A stretch of 32,000 bases of DNA from Pseudomonas aeruginosa. Lineage in GTDB: Bacteria > Pseudomonadota > Gammaproteobacteria > Pseudomonadales > Pseudomonadaceae. The position numbers and the translations under genes were made by a program. The stretch covers positions 5,070,001 through 5,102,000 of the forward strand of contig NZ_LN831024.1 of NCBI RefSeq assembly GCF_001457615.1, in the 5' to 3' direction. The notes beneath the pieces are model-generated. The model saw nothing but the letters and a program-made list of their open reading frames with translations, was not told the origin of the DNA and did no database searches. Below, piece by piece: positions 8,285 through 17,295 of the stretch. Positions within the stretch are counted from its first letter, which is position 1. Each line of letters opens with the position of its first letter.

Positions 8285-9295
8285 ATGCTTAGTTTCATTG
8301 CACGACGATTGGGGTTGCTGATCCCCACCTTCTTCGGCGTGACGCTGCTCACCTTCGCGCTGATCCGCCTGATTCCCGGCGACCCGGTGGAAGTGATGAT
8401 GGGCGAACGTCGCGTCGATCCGCAGATGCATGCCGAGGCCCTGCACCGCCTGGGCCTGGACAAGCCGTTGTACCAGCAGTACCTGGACTACGTGGGCAAC
8501 CTGGCACAGGGCAATCTCGGCGAATCGCTGACCACCCGCGAAGGCGTCTGGCACGAATTCCTCACCCTGTTCCCGGCGACCCTGGAACTGTCCCTGGCCG
8601 CCATGCTCTTCGCCGGCACCTTCGGCCTGCTGGCCGGGGTGATCGCCGCCCTGAAACGCGGTTCGCTGTTCGACCACGGGGTGATGACGGTGTCCCTCGC
8701 CGGCTATTCGATGCCGATCTTCTGGTGGGGCCTGATCCTGATCATGCTGTTCTCCGTGTCGCTGGGCTGGACGCCGGTGTCCGGCCGTCTCGACCTGCTC
8801 TACGACATCGAGCCGAAGACCGGCTTCATGCTGATCGACACCCTGCTTTCCGACGAACAGGGCTCGTTCCTCGATGCCGTGCGCCACCTGATCCTGCCGG
8901 CCATCGTGCTGGGCACCATCCCGCTGGCGGTGATTGCCCGCATGACCCGCTCGGCGATGCTCGAGGTGCTGCGCGAAGACTATGTGCGCACCGCCCGCGC
9001 CAAGGGCCTGTCGCCGGCCCGGGTGGTCTTCGTGCACGCCCTGCGCAACGCGCTGATTCCGGTGCTGACGGTATTCGGCCTGCAGGTCGGCACGCTGCTC
9101 GCCGGCGCGGTGCTGACCGAAACCATCTTCTCCTGGCCGGGCATCGGCAAGTGGCTGATCGACGCCATCAGCCGTCGCGACTACCCGGTGGTGCAGAACG
9201 GCATCCTGCTGGTCGCCACCCTGGTCATCCTGGTCAATTTCGTCGTGGACATCCTCTACGGCCTGGCCAACCCGCGCATTCGCCACCAACGCTGA
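8285..9295 (+). CDS. dppB: Dipeptide ABC transporter permease
   Basis: 336-aa polytopic membrane ORF. It has a typical DppB/OppB N-terminus (MLSFIARRLGLLIPTFFGVTLLTFALIRLIPGDP) and the EAA-loop region (RTARAKGLS). Confidence 0.93.
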   Translation: MLSFIARRLGLLIPTFFGVTLLTFALIRLIPGDPVEVMMGERRVDPQMHAEALHRLGLDKPLYQQYLDYVGNLAQGNLGESLTTREGVWHEFLTLFPATLELSLAAMLFAGTFGLLAGVIAALKRGSLFDHGVMTVSLAGYSMPIFWWGLILIMLFSVSLGWTPVSGRLDLLYDIEPKTGFMLIDTLLSDEQGSFLDAVRHLILPAIVLGTIPLAVIARMTRSAMLEVLREDYVRTARAKGLSPARVVFVHALRNALIPVLTVFGLQVGTLLAGAVLTETIFSWPGIGKWLIDAISRRDYPVVQNGILLVATLVILVNFVVDILYGLANPRIRHQR

Positions 9296-9306
9296 GGAGC
9301 CAGCCG

Positions 9307-10218
9307 ATGAACGCCATGCACAACGCTCCCGCCAGCGACCCGAGCCTGGTCTACCCGTCCCCGCTGAAGGAATTCTGGCAAGCCTTTACCCGGAACAAAG
9401 GTGCCGTCGGCGGCCTGCTGTTCATGCTGCTGATCGTGTTCTGCGCGCTGTTCGCCCCCTGGGTCGCGCCCTACGATCCGAGCGAACAATTCCGCGACTT
9501 CCTGCTGACCCCGCCGTCCTGGCTGGAGGGCGGCCAGGCGCGTTTCCTGCTCGGCACCGACGAACTGGGCCGCGACCTGCTCTCGCGGCTGATCCACGGC
9601 GCCCGCCTGTCGCTGCTGATCGGCCTGTCCTCGGTGGTGATCTCGCTGGTCCCCGGCATCCTCCTCGGCCTGCTCGCCGGCTTCTCGCCGAACCGTGCCG
9701 GGCCGCTGATCATGCGCCTGATGGACATCATGCTGGCGCTGCCGTCGCTGCTGCTGGCGGTGGCCATCGTGGCGATCCTCGGCCCAGGCCTGATCAACAC
9801 CGTGATCGCCATCGCCATCGTCTCGCTGCCGGCCTACGTGCGCCTGACCCGCGCCGCGGTGATGACCGAGCTAAACCGCGACTACGTCACCGCCTCGCGC
9901 CTGGCCGGCGCCGGCACCCTGCGCCTGATGTTCGTCTGCGTACTGCCGAACTGCATGGCGCCGCTGATCGTCCAGGCCACCCTGAGCTTCTCTTCGGCGA
10001 TCCTCGACGCCGCCGCCCTCGGCTTCCTCGGCCTCGGCGTGCAACCGCCGACCCCCGAGTGGGGCACCATGCTCGCCTCCGCCCGCGACTACATCGAGCG
10101 CGCCTGGTGGGTGGTCAGCCTGCCCGGCCTGACCATCCTGCTCAGCGTACTGGCGATCAACCTGATGGGCGACGGCCTGCGCGACGCCCTCGATCCGAAA
10201 CTGAAGAACGCGGCATGA
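9307..10218 (+). CDS. dppC: Dipeptide ABC transporter permease
   Basis: The track ORF 8725-10218 is over-extended into dppB. The start is taken at ATG 9307, preceded by GAGGAG (9294-9299) 12 nt after the dppB stop. 303 aa with a DppC/OppC-type permease core ([14 protein letters not shown]-loop). Confidence 0.9.
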
Positions 10219-10270
10219 GGAGCACAACCATGAACAGCGCATCCGTATCCGCGCCACAGGAGACCGCCGC

Positions 10271-11245
10271 ATGAGCCTCCTCGATATCAAGAACCTCAGC
10301 GTACGCTTCGGCGACACCACCGCCGTGCCCGTGGTCGACGGCCTCGACCTGAGCGTCGACAAGGGCGAGGTGCTGGCCATCGTCGGCGAGTCCGGCTCCG
10401 GCAAGTCGGTGACCATGATGGCCCTGATGGGCCTGATCGACGCGCCCGGCTGGGTGTCCGCCGATCACCTGCGCTTCGACGGCCACGACATGCTCACCCT
10501 CAAGGGCCGCCAGCGCCGGCGCATCGTCGGCAAGGACATGGCGATGGTCTTCCAGGACCCGATGACCGCCCTCAACCCCAGCTACACCGTCGGCTACCAG
10601 ATCGAGGAGGTTCTTCGCCTGCATCTCGGCCTGCGCGGCAAGGCCCTGCGCCAGCGCGCCCTGGAACTGCTCGAACGGGTCGAGATCCCGGCCGCCGCCA
10701 GCCGCCTCGACGCCTACCCGCACCAACTCTCCGGCGGCATGAGCCAGCGTGTGGCGATCGCCATGGCTATCGCCGCCGAGCCCAAGCTGCTGATCGCCGA
10801 CGAGCCGACCACCGCCCTCGACGTGACCATCCAGGCGCAGATCATGGAGCTGCTGCTGAACCTGCAGCGCGACCAGGACATGGCGCTGATCCTGATCACC
10901 CACGATCTCGCCGTGGTCGCCGAGACCGCCCAGCGCGTCTGCGTGATGTACGCCGGCGAAGCGGTGGAGATCGGCGGCGTGCCGGCGCTGTTCGACCGCC
11001 CGACCCATCCCTACACCGAGGCGCTGATCAAGGCGATCCCCGAGCACTGTGCCGGCGAAGCCCGCCTGGCCACCCTGCCCGGCATCGTTCCGGGGCGCTA
11101 CGACCGCCCGCGCGGTTGCCTGCTGTCGCCACGCTGCCCCTATGCCCAGGAGCATTGCCGCCAGGAGCGGCCGGCCCTGGAGGCACACGAGCGCGGCGCG
11201 GTGCGCTGCTTCTATCCGTTGAACCTGCTGAACGAGGTGGCCTGA
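10271..11245 (+). CDS. dppD: Dipeptide ABC transporter ATP-binding protein
   Basis: 324 aa. Walker A GESGSGKS, signature LSGGMSQR, Walker [13 protein letters not shown], and a C-terminal oligopeptide-type extension. The N-terminus [15 protein letters not shown] matches the enterobacterial DppD start. Confidence 0.93.
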
Positions 11246-12216
11246 TGGAAACCGTTCTGACCGCCCGTGATCTGACCCGTCACTACGAAGTCTCCCGCGG
11301 CCTGTTCAAGGGCCACGCCCAGGTGCGCGCGCTGAACGGCGTATCGTTCGAACTGGAAGCCGGCAAGACCCTCGCCGTGGTCGGCGAGTCCGGCTGCGGC
11401 AAGTCGACCCTGGCGCGCGCCCTGACCCTGATCGAGGAACCCACCTCCGGCTCGCTGAAAATCGCCGGGCAGGAGGTCAAGGGCGCCAGCAAGGACCAGC
11501 GCCGGCAGTTGCGCCGCGACGTGCAGATGGTCTTCCAGAACCCCTACGCCTCGCTCAATCCGCGACAGAAGATCGGCGACCAGTTGGCCGAGCCGCTGCT
11601 GATCAACACCGCGCTGTCGCGCGAGGAACGCCGCGAAAAGGTCCAGCAGATGATGCGCCAGGTCGGCCTGCGGCCGGAGCATTACCAGCGCTACCCGCAC
11701 ATGTTCTCCGGCGGCCAGCGCCAGCGCATCGCCCTGGCCCGGGCGATGATGCTGCAACCCAAGGTGCTGGTGGCGGACGAGCCGACCTCGGCCCTCGACG
11801 TGTCGATCCAGGCCCAGGTACTGAACCTGTTCATGGACCTGCAGCAGCAGTTCCGCACCGCCTACGTGTTCATCTCGCACAACCTGGCGGTGGTCCGCCA
11901 CGTCGCCGACGACGTCCTGGTGATGTACCTCGGCCGACCGGCGGAGATGGGGCCGGCGGACAAGCTCTACGAGAACCCGCTGCATCCCTATACCCGTGCG
12001 CTGCTCTCGGCGACCCCGGCGATCCACCCGGACCCGACGAAGCCGAAGATCCGCATCCAGGGCGAACTGCCGAACCCGCTGAACCCGCCGGAGGGTTGCG
12101 CCTTCCACAAGCGCTGCCCCTACGCCACCGAGCGCTGCCGCAGCGAGGTGCCCGAGCTGCGCCTGCTCGACCAGCGCCAGGTGGCCTGCCACCACGCCGA
12201 GCAATTCCTCGGCTGA
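11245..12216 (+). CDS. dppF: Dipeptide ABC transporter ATP-binding protein
   Basis: The track ORF 11116-12216 is over-extended. ATG 11245 shares one nt (A at 11245) with the dppD TGA stop (TGATG junction). 323 aa with Walker A GESGCGKS, signature FSGGQRQR and Walker B VLVADEPTSALD. Confidence 0.92.
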   Translation: METVLTARDLTRHYEVSRGLFKGHAQVRALNGVSFELEAGKTLAVVGESGCGKSTLARALTLIEEPTSGSLKIAGQEVKGASKDQRRQLRRDVQMVFQNPYASLNPRQKIGDQLAEPLLINTALSREERREKVQQMMRQVGLRPEHYQRYPHMFSGGQRQRIALARAMMLQPKVLVADEPTSALDVSIQAQVLNLFMDLQQQFRTAYVFISHNLAVVRHVADDVLVMYLGRPAEMGPADKLYENPLHPYTRALLSATPAIHPDPTKPKIRIQGELPNPLNPPEGCAFHKRCPYATERCRSEVPELRLLDQRQVACHHAEQFLG

Positions 12217-12232
12217 GCGCCACGGGGCGCTC
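12215..12232. terminator. Hairpin between convergent dppF and the LysE-family gene
   Basis: GAGCGCC-acgg-GGCGCTC (7-bp stem) overlaps the dppF stop codon. No clear U-tract on either strand. Confidence 0.3.
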
Positions 12233-12248
12233 GCCGCCCCGCAGCCCT

Positions 12249-12881
12249 TCAGAGCTGGCGCAGCAGCGCCAGCCTTACCCCGAACCCTATCAACAACCCA
12301 CCGAAGCCCCACTGCTGCAGGCGCTGTGCCCGCGGCCGGGACGCCAGCCAGCGGCCCAGGCGGCCACCGGCCAGCGCATAGGCGCAGTCGAAGGCCAGGC
12401 CAACCAGAACCAGGACCGTACCGAGCGCGGCGAACTGGACGGCCAGCGAACCGGCCCCGGGGCTGACGAACTGCGGCAGCAGCACCGAACAGAACAGCAG
12501 GGCCTTGGGGTTCAGCAGGTTGGTCAGGAGTCCGCGCAGCAAGGCCCGGCGGTCGGCGTGAGGGACCACCGGCGCGGAGCCCGCGTCGCTGGTCGGCAAG
12601 GCCAGTCCGCCACCGCGCAGCATCTGCAGGCCAAGCCAGGCGAGGTAGGCGGCGCCGAGCAGGCGCGCCAGCTCGAAGGTCCAGGGAGCGGTACGGAACA
12701 GCAGCGCCAGTCCAGTCGCGGCCATCAGCACATGGCAGGCCCGAGCCAGCGCCAGGCCGAGGGCGGTGACCAGCGCCGCGCGACGGCCCTGGCGGGCGCC
12801 GGTCTGGAACAGCAGGAGCATGTCTGGTCCGGGCACCAGGTAAACCACCGCCAGGGCAATCAGGAAAGCGCTCGTGTCCAT
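12249..12881 (-). CDS. LysE/RhtB-family amino-acid exporter
   Basis: 210-aa ORF with six hydrophobic segments. N-terminal family signature (MDTSAFLIALAVVYLVPGPDMLLLFQTGARQGRRAA) and NPKALLF motif. GGAG SD 9 nt upstream. Confidence 0.85.
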   Translation of the reverse strand: MDTSAFLIALAVVYLVPGPDMLLLFQTGARQGRRAALVTALGLALARACHVLMAATGLALLFRTAPWTFELARLLGAAYLAWLGLQMLRGGGLALPTSDAGSAPVVPHADRRALLRGLLTNLLNPKALLFCSVLLPQFVSPGAGSLAVQFAALGTVLVLVGLAFDCAYALAGGRLGRWLASRPRAQRLQQWGFGGLLIGFGVRLALLRQL

Positions 12882-13022
12882 CGTATCGGCTCCAGGAAGG
12901 TGACCCGGATAACGATTCTATGCCCGCAAGGCAGGGCAGGTGCTTGCGTTTTCCACCAGCCTATCCATTCTATTTGGCAGTAAATTCCACTCTCTGGAGA
13001 CTATCCATCCGGATATGCCAAG

Positions 13023-13496
13023 ATGAAACTCGACGCCTATGACCACCGCATCCTCGCCGCCCTCCAGCGCGACGGCCGCCTGAGCAACGTCCAGTTGGCC
13101 GAGGAGATCGGCCTCTCCCCGTCCCCCTGCCTGCGCCGCGTGCGCCTGCTGGAAGAGGCCGGGGTGATTCGCGGCTACCAGGCCAGCATCGACCGCGACG
13201 AGGTCGGCCTCGGCCTCACGGTGTTCGTCGGGATCAAGGTGGAACGCCACCGCCAGGAGCAGGCCGAGGCCTTCCACCGTGCGGTGGTCGACCTGCCGGA
13301 GGTGATCTCGGTGCACCTCGTCTCCGGCGAGTCGGACTTCCTCCTGCAAGTGGTGGTCCCCGACCTGCGCGCCTACGAACGCCTGCTCAGCGAGACCCTG
13401 CTGCGCCTGCCCGGGGTCAGCGACATTCGCAGCAACTTCGCGATCAAGACGGTCAAGGCGCCCTCGCCGCTGCCGCTCGGCCACCTGGCCGGCTGA
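13023..13496 (+). CDS. Lrp/AsnC-family transcriptional regulator
   Basis: 157 aa with an N-terminal HTH (LDAYDHRILAALQRDGRLSNVQLAEEIGLSPSPCLRRVRLLEEAGVI) and a C-terminal RAM/AsnC_trans_reg domain. Divergent from the LysE gene. Confidence 0.9.
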   Translation: MKLDAYDHRILAALQRDGRLSNVQLAEEIGLSPSPCLRRVRLLEEAGVIRGYQASIDRDEVGLGLTVFVGIKVERHRQEQAEAFHRAVVDLPEVISVHLVSGESDFLLQVVVPDLRAYERLLSETLLRLPGVSDIRSNFAIKTVKAPSPLPLGHLAG

Positions 13497-13506
13497 GCGC
13501 TCAGCC
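13491..13506. other. Perfect 16-nt palindrome containing both convergent stop codons
   Basis: GGCTGAGC|GCTCAGCC. The TGA of the Lrp gene (13494-13496) and the TCA (= TGA) of pxpC (13501-13503) are mirror halves. Confidence 0.6.
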
Positions 13507-14430
13507 GCGGAAGAAGCGGTAGAAGCGCAGCAGATCGGCCTGCTGCGTCGCCAGGTCGCTCTCGACGAAGGTTACCTCGCTATGCGCGGGGCTTTGCGCC
13601 AGGCGCGAGAGGTCCAGTGGATGGACGAAGCCCAGCAGCGGATAGCCGCCCATGCTCTGGCGGTCGGCCATCAGCACGATGGGTTGGCCATCGGGCGGAA
13701 CCTGGATAGCGCCCTCCACCACGCCCTGCGACCAGGCGCGCGGCGCCCCGCGCAGTGGCTCGCCGGCCAGGCGGACACCCATGCGATCGGACCGCGGGCT
13801 GATTCGCCAGGCGCTGGCGAAGAAGGCTTGCCGGCTGGCTGCGTCGAAGGCCGCCGCATCGCCGCCGAACAGCACGCGCAAGGGCCGCTGCTGCCGGTAG
13901 TCCGGCTGGAAACGCCAGGGCACGCTGGCATCCCACGGACACGCCGCTCCCGCTTCGGCACACGGCAGGCAATCGCCCTCCGCCAGGATCCGGCCATCGC
14001 CCTGTAAACCGCCGAGCCCGTCGCGAACCTGGCAGGCGACGCTGCCCAGTACCGGCCTCGCCCGGAAACCGCCGGCGCAGGCCAGGTAGGCACGCTGCCC
14101 GGCCTCGGCGAAGCCCAGTTCGATGCGTTGCCCGCGGCGGACCCGGAAGCGACTCCAGGGCAGGCATTCGCGACCGTCCACCGTCAGCGCCAGGCGCGCT
14201 CCGGTCAACGCCAGCCAGGTCGCCTCCACCCTGCACTCCAGCACCAAGCCGCCGAAAGCGATTTCCAGCAATGGCGTCCCCCAGGGATTACCGAGCAGAC
14301 GATTGGCCCAGGCTGCCGCCTGGCGGTCCAGAGGGCCGCCCGGGGATACGCCGAGGTGCTGCCAGCCGCGCCGGCCGTCATCCTGCAGCAGGCTCTGCGG
14401 ACCCGCCTTGACGACCCGCAAACCATTCAT
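13501..14430 (-). CDS. pxpC: 5-oxoprolinase subunit C (KipA / allophanate hydrolase subunit 2 family)
   Basis: The track ORF 13501-15165 is over-extended. The real start is ATG 14430 ([35 protein letters not shown]...), giving 309 aa. It overlaps the pxpB stop by 4 nt (ATGA). Confidence 0.88.
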   Translation of the reverse strand: MNGLRVVKAGPQSLLQDDGRRGWQHLGVSPGGPLDRQAAAWANRLLGNPWGTPLLEIAFGGLVLECRVEATWLALTGARLALTVDGRECLPWSRFRVRRGQRIELGFAEAGQRAYLACAGGFRARPVLGSVACQVRDGLGGLQGDGRILAEGDCLPCAEAGAACPWDASVPWRFQPDYRQQRPLRVLFGGDAAAFDAASRQAFFASAWRISPRSDRMGVRLAGEPLRGAPRAWSQGVVEGAIQVPPDGQPIVLMADRQSMGGYPLLGFVHPLDLSRLAQSPAHSEVTFVESDLATQQADLLRFYRFFRG

Positions 14431-15104
14431 TCGCGCCCGCCCAGGTCGAGGAAAGCCTCGCGCCCGATGGCGACGAAGCGCACCCGGTCGCCCAGCGCCA
14501 GTGGGCACGGAGGAGTGGCGGCCGGATCGAACGGACGCCACGGACTGCGTCCCAGCAGGTGCCAGCCGCCGGGCGAGGCCTGCGGATAGATCGCCGTCTG
14601 CGCCTCGGCAATGGCCAGGCTGCCGGCCGGTACACGCGCCCGCGGGGTGGCCCGCCGCGGCAGGACCAGGCGCGGATCGAGGCCGCCGAGGTAGGCGAAT
14701 CCCGGAGCGAAACCGATCGCGCCGACCCGGTATTCGGCCGCGCTGTGCAGTTCGATCACCCCTTTGCCAGTCAATCCGCAGGCAACCGCTACCGTCGCGA
14801 GGTCCTCGCCGGCGTACCAGACGGGAATCTCGTGCAGGCGCCCGGCATCCTCGGCGGGGCGCCAGGCGTGCCACTCCGCCAGCAGCGGACCCAGGCGTTC
14901 TTCCAGTACCTGCGGGGCGATGCGGTAGGGGTCGTAATGCAGCATCAGGGTGGTCCAGCCCAGCACCAGATCCCTGACGCCTTCGCCGAGCCCCTCGCGC
15001 AGACGTCTGGCCAGCTCGGCCAGGCGCACAGACAGGTCCACTTCGGGCTCTTCGGCGAGCGTCAGCAGCAGGGCTTCGGCACCAGCGGGTTCGATGCGGA
15101 TCAC
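14427..15104 (-). CDS. pxpB: 5-oxoprolinase subunit B (KipI / allophanate hydrolase subunit 1 family)
   Basis: 225-aa ORF with family-typical motifs ([20 protein letters not shown]...[15 protein letters not shown]). 4-nt overlap with pxpA upstream and pxpC downstream. Confidence 0.88.
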   Translation of the reverse strand: MIRIEPAGAEALLLTLAEEPEVDLSVRLAELARRLREGLGEGVRDLVLGWTTLMLHYDPYRIAPQVLEERLGPLLAEWHAWRPAEDAGRLHEIPVWYAGEDLATVAVACGLTGKGVIELHSAAEYRVGAIGFAPGFAYLGGLDPRLVLPRRATPRARVPAGSLAIAEAQTAIYPQASPGGWHLLGRSPWRPFDPAATPPCPLALGDRVRFVAIGREAFLDLGGRE

Positions 15105-15856
15105 AGGCTGTCCAGGGCCGCGCGCAGGCGCCGGAGGACCGCCAGCGACTGCGGGTTATCGCCATGCACGCAAAGACTGTCGGCGGTCAGGCGCAGCGGG
15201 TTGCCGTCGTAGTCGGGGAAGGCTTCGCCGCGGGCGATGGCCAGGGCCTGTTCGATGATCCGCTGCGGATCGTGATGCACCGCGCCGCCAAGCCGCCGCG
15301 GCGCCAGCCGGCCGTCCGGCAGGTAGGCGCGATCGGCGAAGGCCTCGAACAGCAGCGGCACGTCGGCCTCGTCGGCCAGTTCCAGCTCGCGGCCGTTGTC
15401 GGCCAGGGCCAGCACCATCAGCGGCAGGCCCTTGCGATAGGCGGCGCAGGCGTCGAGCACGGCGCGCAGCAGCTCATCGTCGCCGACCAGGTCGTTGTAC
15501 AGCGCGCCATGCGGCTTGACGTAGGCCACCTGGGTACCGAGGGAACGGCAGAAAGCGTCCAGCGCGCCGATCTGGTACAGCACCATGGCATGCACCTCTT
15601 CGGCAGAGCAGGCCAGCGAGCGCCGGCCGAAGCCGCTCAGGTCGGGATAGGCCGGGTGCGCGCCGATGCTCACGCCATGGCGTACCGCCAGCTCCACCGC
15701 GCGCCGCATGGTGAGCGGGTCGCCAGCGTGGAAGCCGCAAGCCAGGTTGGCCTGGTCAACCAGCGGCATGCTGTGGACATCGTCGCCCATGCGCCAGGCG
15801 CCAAAGCTTTCGCCCATGTCGCAGTTGAGCAGGATACGCCGGCCGGTGTCGTTCAT
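15101..15856 (-). CDS. pxpA: 5-oxoprolinase subunit A (LamB/YcsF family)
   Basis: 251 aa with the [11 protein letters not shown]-terminal motif plus ACGFHAGDP and VKPHGALYN motifs characteristic of LamB/YcsF. Confidence 0.9.
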   Translation of the reverse strand: MNDTGRRILLNCDMGESFGAWRMGDDVHSMPLVDQANLACGFHAGDPLTMRRAVELAVRHGVSIGAHPAYPDLSGFGRRSLACSAEEVHAMVLYQIGALDAFCRSLGTQVAYVKPHGALYNDLVGDDELLRAVLDACAAYRKGLPLMVLALADNGRELELADEADVPLLFEAFADRAYLPDGRLAPRRLGGAVHHDPQRIIEQALAIARGEAFPDYDGNPLRLTADSLCVHGDNPQSLAVLRRLRAALDSL

Positions 15857-15985
15857 TGTGCGTTCCTTTCGAGGCCAGGATTACGGAAAAATGAGCGCAG
15901 TGCTGGCGAATTAGCGTCAGGTAGCATACTCAGGCACTGAGAACAGGAGTAAATTCTCCTCTTTTGCACCGACGACCTTGCATTC

Positions 15986-16885
15986 ATGAAAGTTCTCATC
16001 CTGGCGGCCTATGCGCTGAGCATCCTCTATGTCCATTTCCGCGGCCGGGTACGCCACAAGCTGTCGCGCCAATTGAGCGACCACTCCAGCTTCCTCGCTC
16101 CGATCAACTGCCTGATGTACCTGTTCTCGAAGGTACCGAACCGCCCTTACCTGGCACCGCAGACCTTCCCCGAACTGCAGGTTCTGGTCGACAACTGGCA
16201 AGCCATCCGCAGCGAGGCGCTGCACCTGCACGACGCCGGCAACATCAAGCGTTCCGAACAGTACGACGATATCGGTTTCAACTCGTTCTTCAAGAGCGGC
16301 TGGAAGCGCTTCTACCTGAAATGGTACGACGAGGCCCATCCCTCCGCCGGACAACTCTGCCCGCAGACCACCGCCCTGTTGCGGCAGATTCCCTCGGTCA
16401 AGGCGGCGATGTTCGCCGAACTGCCGCCGGGCTCGAAGCTGGTGCGACACCGCGATCCCTACGCCGGCTCGCTGCGCTTCCACCTGGGACTGTTCACCCC
16501 CAACGACCCGGCCTGCTTCATCGAGGTGGACGGCGAGCGCTACCACTGGCGCGACGGCGAGGCGGTGGTGTTCGATGAAACCTTCATCCACTACGCGGAA
16601 AACGCCACCGAACACAACCGCATCATTCTCTTCTGCGACATCGAGCGGCCGCTGACCCAGGGCTGGGCCACCGCCTTCAACCGCTGGTTCAGCCGCAACG
16701 TGATGGCTGCCGCGGCCGCCCCGAACAACGCAGGCGACCGGACCGGCGGACTCAATCGGATCTTCGACAGCCTCTACAAGATCCGCCTGCAGGGCAAACG
16801 TTTGAAGAAGCGCAACCGCAAGCTCTACTACCTGCAGAAATGGGGCTTCTTCGCCCTGGTACTGGCTTTCATCCTGTGGATCTGA
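15986..16885 (+). CDS. lpxO: Aspartyl/asparaginyl beta-hydroxylase-family dioxygenase (lipid A 2-hydroxylase LpxO type)
   Basis: 299 aa with an N-terminal TM segment, a 2-His-type motif region (KLVRHRDPYAGSLRFHLGL ... VFDETFIHYAEN) and a C-terminal TM anchor. PAO1 PA4512 (lpxO1) position. Confidence 0.85.
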   Translation: MKVLILAAYALSILYVHFRGRVRHKLSRQLSDHSSFLAPINCLMYLFSKVPNRPYLAPQTFPELQVLVDNWQAIRSEALHLHDAGNIKRSEQYDDIGFNSFFKSGWKRFYLKWYDEAHPSAGQLCPQTTALLRQIPSVKAAMFAELPPGSKLVRHRDPYAGSLRFHLGLFTPNDPACFIEVDGERYHWRDGEAVVFDETFIHYAENATEHNRIILFCDIERPLTQGWATAFNRWFSRNVMAAAAAPNNAGDRTGGLNRIFDSLYKIRLQGKRLKKRNRKLYYLQKWGFFALVLAFILWI

Positions 16886-16904
16886 GGCCTGGCGACGCAA
16901 GGCC

Positions 16905-17235
16905 CCGATAGCTCCGTGGGGCGTATGACACCAACGGCGTCATCCGCCGATACCTCGCCGAAATGGCGGATAACCGCTCTGCGGTTATCCGCCCTACGCC
17001 ACGGACAACGCGAAGTCCCGATAGCTCCGTAGGGCGCATGACGCCAACGGCGTCATCCGCCGATACCCCGCCGAAATGGCGGATAACCGCTCTGCGGTTG
17101 TTCGCCCTACGCCACGGACAGCGCGAAGTCCGATAGCTCCGTAGGGCGGATGACGCCAACGGCGTCATCCGCCGACACCCCGCCGAAATGGCGGATAACC
17201 GCTCTGCGGTTATTCGCCCTACACCCCGCAAAGCC
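16905..17235. repeat. Three tandem ~112-113-bp REP-type units, each with two 13-bp-stem palindromes
   Basis: Unit starts (CCGATAGCTCCGT...) at 16905, 17018 and 17130. Perfect hairpins include GGCGGATAACCGC-tct-GCGGTTATCCGCC (16965-16993) and GGCGGATGACGCC-aac-GGCGTCATCCGCC (17145-17173). Units are flanked by GTAGGGCG...CGCCCTAC. Confidence 0.9.
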
Positions 17236-17260
17236 CAGCAGTCCCGGCAGTTGGCAACGA

Positions 17261-17282
17261 AAAGGCTCCCTTGGGAGCCTTT
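17261..17282. terminator. Bidirectional rho-independent terminator (piuB side, and end of the lpxO/REP region)
   Basis: AAAGGCTCCC-tt-GGGAGCCTTT, flanked by an A-run on the left and a T-run on the right. It lies 14 nt downstream of the piuB stop. Confidence 0.75.
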
Positions 17283-17295
17283 TTCATTCATCCGT

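Noticed and set aside
8725-9306. Upstream extensions of the dppC ORF (8725-9306), and likewise of dppF (11116-11244), ampE (31264-31500), ampD (31827-31850) and speC (27765-27785).
   Set aside because: The extensions overlap the preceding gene or lack an SD. The internal starts have good SDs and give N-termini and lengths matching the known protein families.
3253-12312. Very long antisense ORFs opposite the dpp genes (3253-4905, 4869-6821, 6664-8463, 8273-9289, 10157-11188 and 11212-12312, all minus strand).
   Set aside because: These are typical shadow ORFs of high-GC DNA. Their translations are low-complexity Gly/Ala/Arg/Val/Asp-rich strings with no recognisable motifs. The opposite strand encodes unmistakable SBP, porin, permease and ATPase proteins.
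14431-15165. N-terminal 245 aa of the 554-aa ORF 13501-15165.
   Set aside because: This is an out-of-frame overlap with pxpB, giving an Arg/Pro/Gly-rich nonsense translation. The KipA-family homology begins at MNGLRVV (ATG 14430), which forms an ATGA overlap with the pxpB stop.
16905-17235. Possible CRISPR array, or a protein-coding region (ORF 16869-17639, minus strand).
   Set aside because: The units are ~112 bp and directly abutting, with no unique spacers, and no cas genes are present. The ORF is a read-through of palindromic repeats. A REP-type array explains the region.
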